Shown here one piece after another: positions 61,093 through 64,000 of a stretch of DNA of 64,000 bases. Source of the stretch: Promethearchaeota archaeon (GTDB lineage: Archaea > Asgardarchaeota > Lokiarchaeia > Sigyniarchaeales > SOKP01); the NCBI GenBank assembly GCA_018238625.1, contig JABCSY010000002.1:28097-92096 (forward strand), given 5' to 3'. How positions within the stretch are numbered: position 1 is the first letter of the stretch; each line of letters begins with the position of its first letter. The notes under the pieces were generated by a model. That model had not been told where the DNA came from. It made no database searches and saw only the letters and a list, made by a program, of their open reading frames with translations. The translations under genes were made by a program, and so were the position numbers.

Positions 61093-62165
61093 TTAATCAA
61101 TGTAGTTTGTGTCACACTTGGAGCTTTTTCTAAATTTGATAATCTTATTCCAACAAGTCTAACTTTCTTATTCATTGTAGAAAATTGTTTCAATAACTCA
61201 ATAATTACTTTTAATACCTTCTTCTTATCTTGAACATGATGAGTAAAGGATTTTGAACGAGTATATGTTATATATCCCTCAAGTCTTATTTTAAGAGTTA
61301 TCGTCTTATAATGTATCTTATTTTTTATTACATTTTTATGAATTCTATTATTTATTTCTTCAAGTTTAGACAAAATTACATTAAAATCATCTGTGTCCTC
61401 ATAAAACGTGCATTCCTTACTAATAGATTTTCTATCGCCATGAAGTTTTTTTACTTCTCGATTATCGAAACCGTTCGCAACATTCCATACCCATTCTCCG
61501 TTTTTTCCAAACAACTGAATCATTTTAGGAAGTGTAAGATTAATGATATCACCAATAGTTTTAATCCCTTTTTTGTTATAATATATTTTTGATTTCTTAC
61601 CAATTCCCGAGATTTTAGTAATATCCATAGGACCCAGGAATTTTTTAATATATTCTGGTTTTACGACCGTAACGCCATTAGGTTTATTATGATCTGAAGC
61701 GATCTTAGCAATCGATTTAGTTGGAGCACATCCTATTGAGATTGTAATGCCTACTTTTTTTTGTACTTCGTCTTTTAATTTTTCAGCTAATTCTCTTACC
61801 TCTTTATAATTTATACACTTATCTGATACATCTATATATGCCTCGTCAATACTTACTTGTTGAAACATATCTGAATAGGAATTAACAATCTCCATTACTT
61901 CCTTTGAGGCTTTATGGTATTTCTCAAAATTGGGATGAAGATAGATACCATGAGGACATCTTTTATAAGCTTGGGATATAGGCATCGCAGAATGGAGCCC
62001 GAATTTTCGAGCCTCATAGTTACAGGTACTGACTACACCCCTTCCTTTTCCATTCTTTGGGTCGGCCCCTATTATTATAGGTTTTCCGAAATATTTTGGG
62101 TTATCTCGTACCTCAACAGCAGCAAAAAAGCAATCTAGATCGCAATGTAAGATAAATCGGCTCAT
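61077..62165 (-). CDS. dinB: DNA polymerase IV (DinB, Y family)
   Basis: HCDLDCFFAAVE, YEAR.FG, SIDEAY, AKIASD..KP.G, PIP-like QTTLINY. Confidence 0.95.
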   Translation of the reverse strand: MSRFILHCDLDCFFAAVEVRDNPKYFGKPIIIGADPKNGKGRGVVSTCNYEARKFGLHSAMPISQAYKRCPHGIYLHPNFEKYHKASKEVMEIVNSYSDMFQQVSIDEAYIDVSDKCINYKEVRELAEKLKDEVQKKVGITISIGCAPTKSIAKIASDHNKPNGVTVVKPEYIKKFLGPMDITKISGIGKKSKIYYNKKGIKTIGDIINLTLPKMIQLFGKNGEWVWNVANGFDNREVKKLHGDRKSISKECTFYEDTDDFNVILSKLEEINNRIHKNVIKNKIHYKTITLKIRLEGYITYTRSKSFTHHVQDKKKVLKVIIELLKQFSTMNKKVRLVGIRLSNLEKAPSVTQTTLINYLEV

Positions 62166-62335
62166 TTTTAATCGTTCTTAATAAATTGTAGACAATAATA
62201 GTATTTCCGAATAAAATAAAAAAAGTTAGACGATGACGAATTATTAATTTAAAATTGCAAAATCACATAATTCTTCTCTAATGAATATCTAATTCTATGA
62301 AATACATTTTTAATCAATCTTTAATTTGAAATCAT

Positions 62336-63022
62336 ATGGAAACGGATAAGTTAGAACAACTTCGAAAAACGGTTGTAAGAGGAGCTCAAGAGATATATAG
62401 TAAGGGGTTAGTTGAGGATGGAGAAGGTAATGTTAGCGTAAGAATCAATAAAAATGAAATCCTATGTACTCCCACTTCAACAAAATATAAGTTATTAAGT
62501 CCTGAGCTAATTGTTTATATGGATTTAGATGGAAATGTATTAGGATCGGGTAAAATTCCTTCCACGGAAGTTAAAATGCATCTTGCCGTTTATAAGGATA
62601 GACCTAAAGTTAAATGTGTTATCCACACTCATTCTTCTTATATTACTATGCTTTCAGTTCTAAGAAGAAGCATTCCAATTATAATGGAACAACAATTGAT
62701 TTTCCTTGGTGGAGAAATTCGATGTACTGAAATTACTGAAGCCCACACAGAAAAAATGGGATCAAATGCGTTGAAAGCGCTAGATAGAAATAACGCAGCG
62801 ATACTCGCAAATCATGGGGCTATCATATGCGGAAAATCTGTTGATCATGCAGTTCGATTTGCTATAATATTAGAAAAGCTGGCAAAAGTGTATTGGGGTG
62901 CACTGCAAATTGGAGAACCATTAACCATCCCTGAGGAAAACCTTGAAAAACACGAGAAGATGTTTAACGGATTATTTGCTTGTTATCCACGAAAAATGAA
63001 AATTAAGAAGTCAAATAGTTGA
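62336..63022 (+). CDS. Class II aldolase/adducin family (FucA-like)
   Basis: GNVSVR, PSTE..MH..Y, HTHS, LANHG. Confidence 0.92.
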   Translation: METDKLEQLRKTVVRGAQEIYSKGLVEDGEGNVSVRINKNEILCTPTSTKYKLLSPELIVYMDLDGNVLGSGKIPSTEVKMHLAVYKDRPKVKCVIHTHSSYITMLSVLRRSIPIIMEQQLIFLGGEIRCTEITEAHTEKMGSNALKALDRNNAAILANHGAIICGKSVDHAVRFAIILEKLAKVYWGALQIGEPLTIPEENLEKHEKMFNGLFACYPRKMKIKKSNS

Positions 63023-63858
63023 TTTTTATGGAATTAGGTATTAGTTCTTTAGGAGATATTATCGATTTTGGACTTAGTAACAAGTGGAAGAATGTTAACG
63101 ATTTGTTGTTTAAATCCACAGAAGCATGCCTTAGTTTTGCCGAGGAACAAGACATTGCTGTGGTAGAAATAGTTATAGATCCACAAAATATATTTATAGA
63201 CGCGATTAAACAAAAATTCGTTGACTTGATGAGTTCTTATTCTATGAAAAAGCAAGTTCATGGTCCTTTTATCGATGTAAATTTATGTTCCCACAATAAT
63301 TCGATTTCTCAAGCCTCCGTAGAAGCCTATATTGAAACATCTAAACTTTGTGAAGAAGTAAATGTTGATATGATGACGATCCATCCCGGATTAGCGAACT
63401 TTATGATAGAATCAATTAGAGAATATAATAAAATTCAGTTAACCAAGGCGATCGAGGCTTTATTAGATTTCACAAAAAACCTTAATTTGACGATTTGTTT
63501 GGAAAATATGCCCAAAAACACAAACATCATGCTAGATGAAAATAATATTTACGAAATATTAAGTAAAATTAACAGAACTGATCTTTTTCTTACATACGAT
63601 ACGAGTCACTTTTACACTAACAGCGGAAATGTAGAGGATTTATGGGAGAAATCTCATGACATTATCAAGAACATACATCTGGTTGATAATTTCACTAAAG
63701 AAACCGATACACATCCTCCTTTAGGCAGTGGAAAAATCAAATTTAAAGAAATATTAGATATTATCAACAGTTACAACTATAAAGGAGCTCTAATTATAGA
63801 ACTAGCCTCTAATAAGAAATTACAAGATAGCATCGATTATATTAACCGGTTTTTGTAA
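63019..63858 (+). CDS. Sugar phosphate isomerase/epimerase (AP endonuclease 2 TIM barrel)
   Basis: HGPF.D.NL, HPG, LENM, D..H, H..DN, D.H...G.G. Confidence 0.88.
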   Translation: MIFMELGISSLGDIIDFGLSNKWKNVNDLLFKSTEACLSFAEEQDIAVVEIVIDPQNIFIDAIKQKFVDLMSSYSMKKQVHGPFIDVNLCSHNNSISQASVEAYIETSKLCEEVNVDMMTIHPGLANFMIESIREYNKIQLTKAIEALLDFTKNLNLTICLENMPKNTNIMLDENNIYEILSKINRTDLFLTYDTSHFYTNSGNVEDLWEKSHDIIKNIHLVDNFTKETDTHPPLGSGKIKFKEILDIINSYNYKGALIIELASNKKLQDSIDYINRFL

Positions 63859-63942
63859 GTAAGTGCGAAAATTCCATTATACAAAACTATTTTCTCAAAA
63901 TTTTTATACACTTATTTACGAAATAGTCTTATAAAATATATA

Positions 63943-64000
63943 ATGAAAATCATATCTCTTCAAATTAGCGACGACTTGTTAGATAGGTTTGAGAAAGTTC
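63943..64000 (+). CDS. Partial CopG/NikR-type RHH protein (runs off the window)
   Basis: MKIISLQISDDLLDRFEKV, a typical RHH beta-alpha start. Confidence 0.5.
   Translation, partial: MKIISLQISDDLLDRFEKV

Noticed and set aside
1-64000. CRISPR arrays, rRNA genes, transposases and integrases
   Set aside because: No regularly spaced repeats, rRNA-like segments or recombinase motifs were seen

Overview
AT-rich archaeal chromosomal window. Gene content points to an Asgard archaeon, most likely Lokiarchaeia (inference): a profilin-like protein, a longin-like protein, a JAB/MPN protein, TFB, the psmA-SBDS-rrp4/41/42-rpl37ae-pcc1-prefoldin superoperon, CDC48, FEN1, Nob1, aIF5A and SRP54. Most of it is housekeeping and metabolism: TldD/PmbA, Pit phosphate transporter, ECF transporter, 2-oxoacid:ferredoxin oxidoreductase, acyl-CoA dehydrogenase, MFS pair, sugar kinase and aldolases, DinB. 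Four tRNA genes carry five bulge-helix-bulge (BHB) introns, four of them at non-canonical positions. The main finding is a 30-nt insertion (33478-33507) with two in-frame stops inside the GGDDT active-site motif of a PPi-type phosphofructokinase gene. It folds into a relaxed BHB whose predicted cuts restore GGDDTL exactly, making it a candidate tRNA-endonuclease-spliced intron in an mRNA. Other oddities are tandem RHH-HisKA-REC regulators with no HATPase domain, a pseudo-DHDPS/APH-kinase fusion, probable ATH start codons, an orphan AbiEii-like nucleotidyltransferase and a kinase/aldolase deletion scar. All calls come from reading motifs by eye; no searches or folding programs were run.
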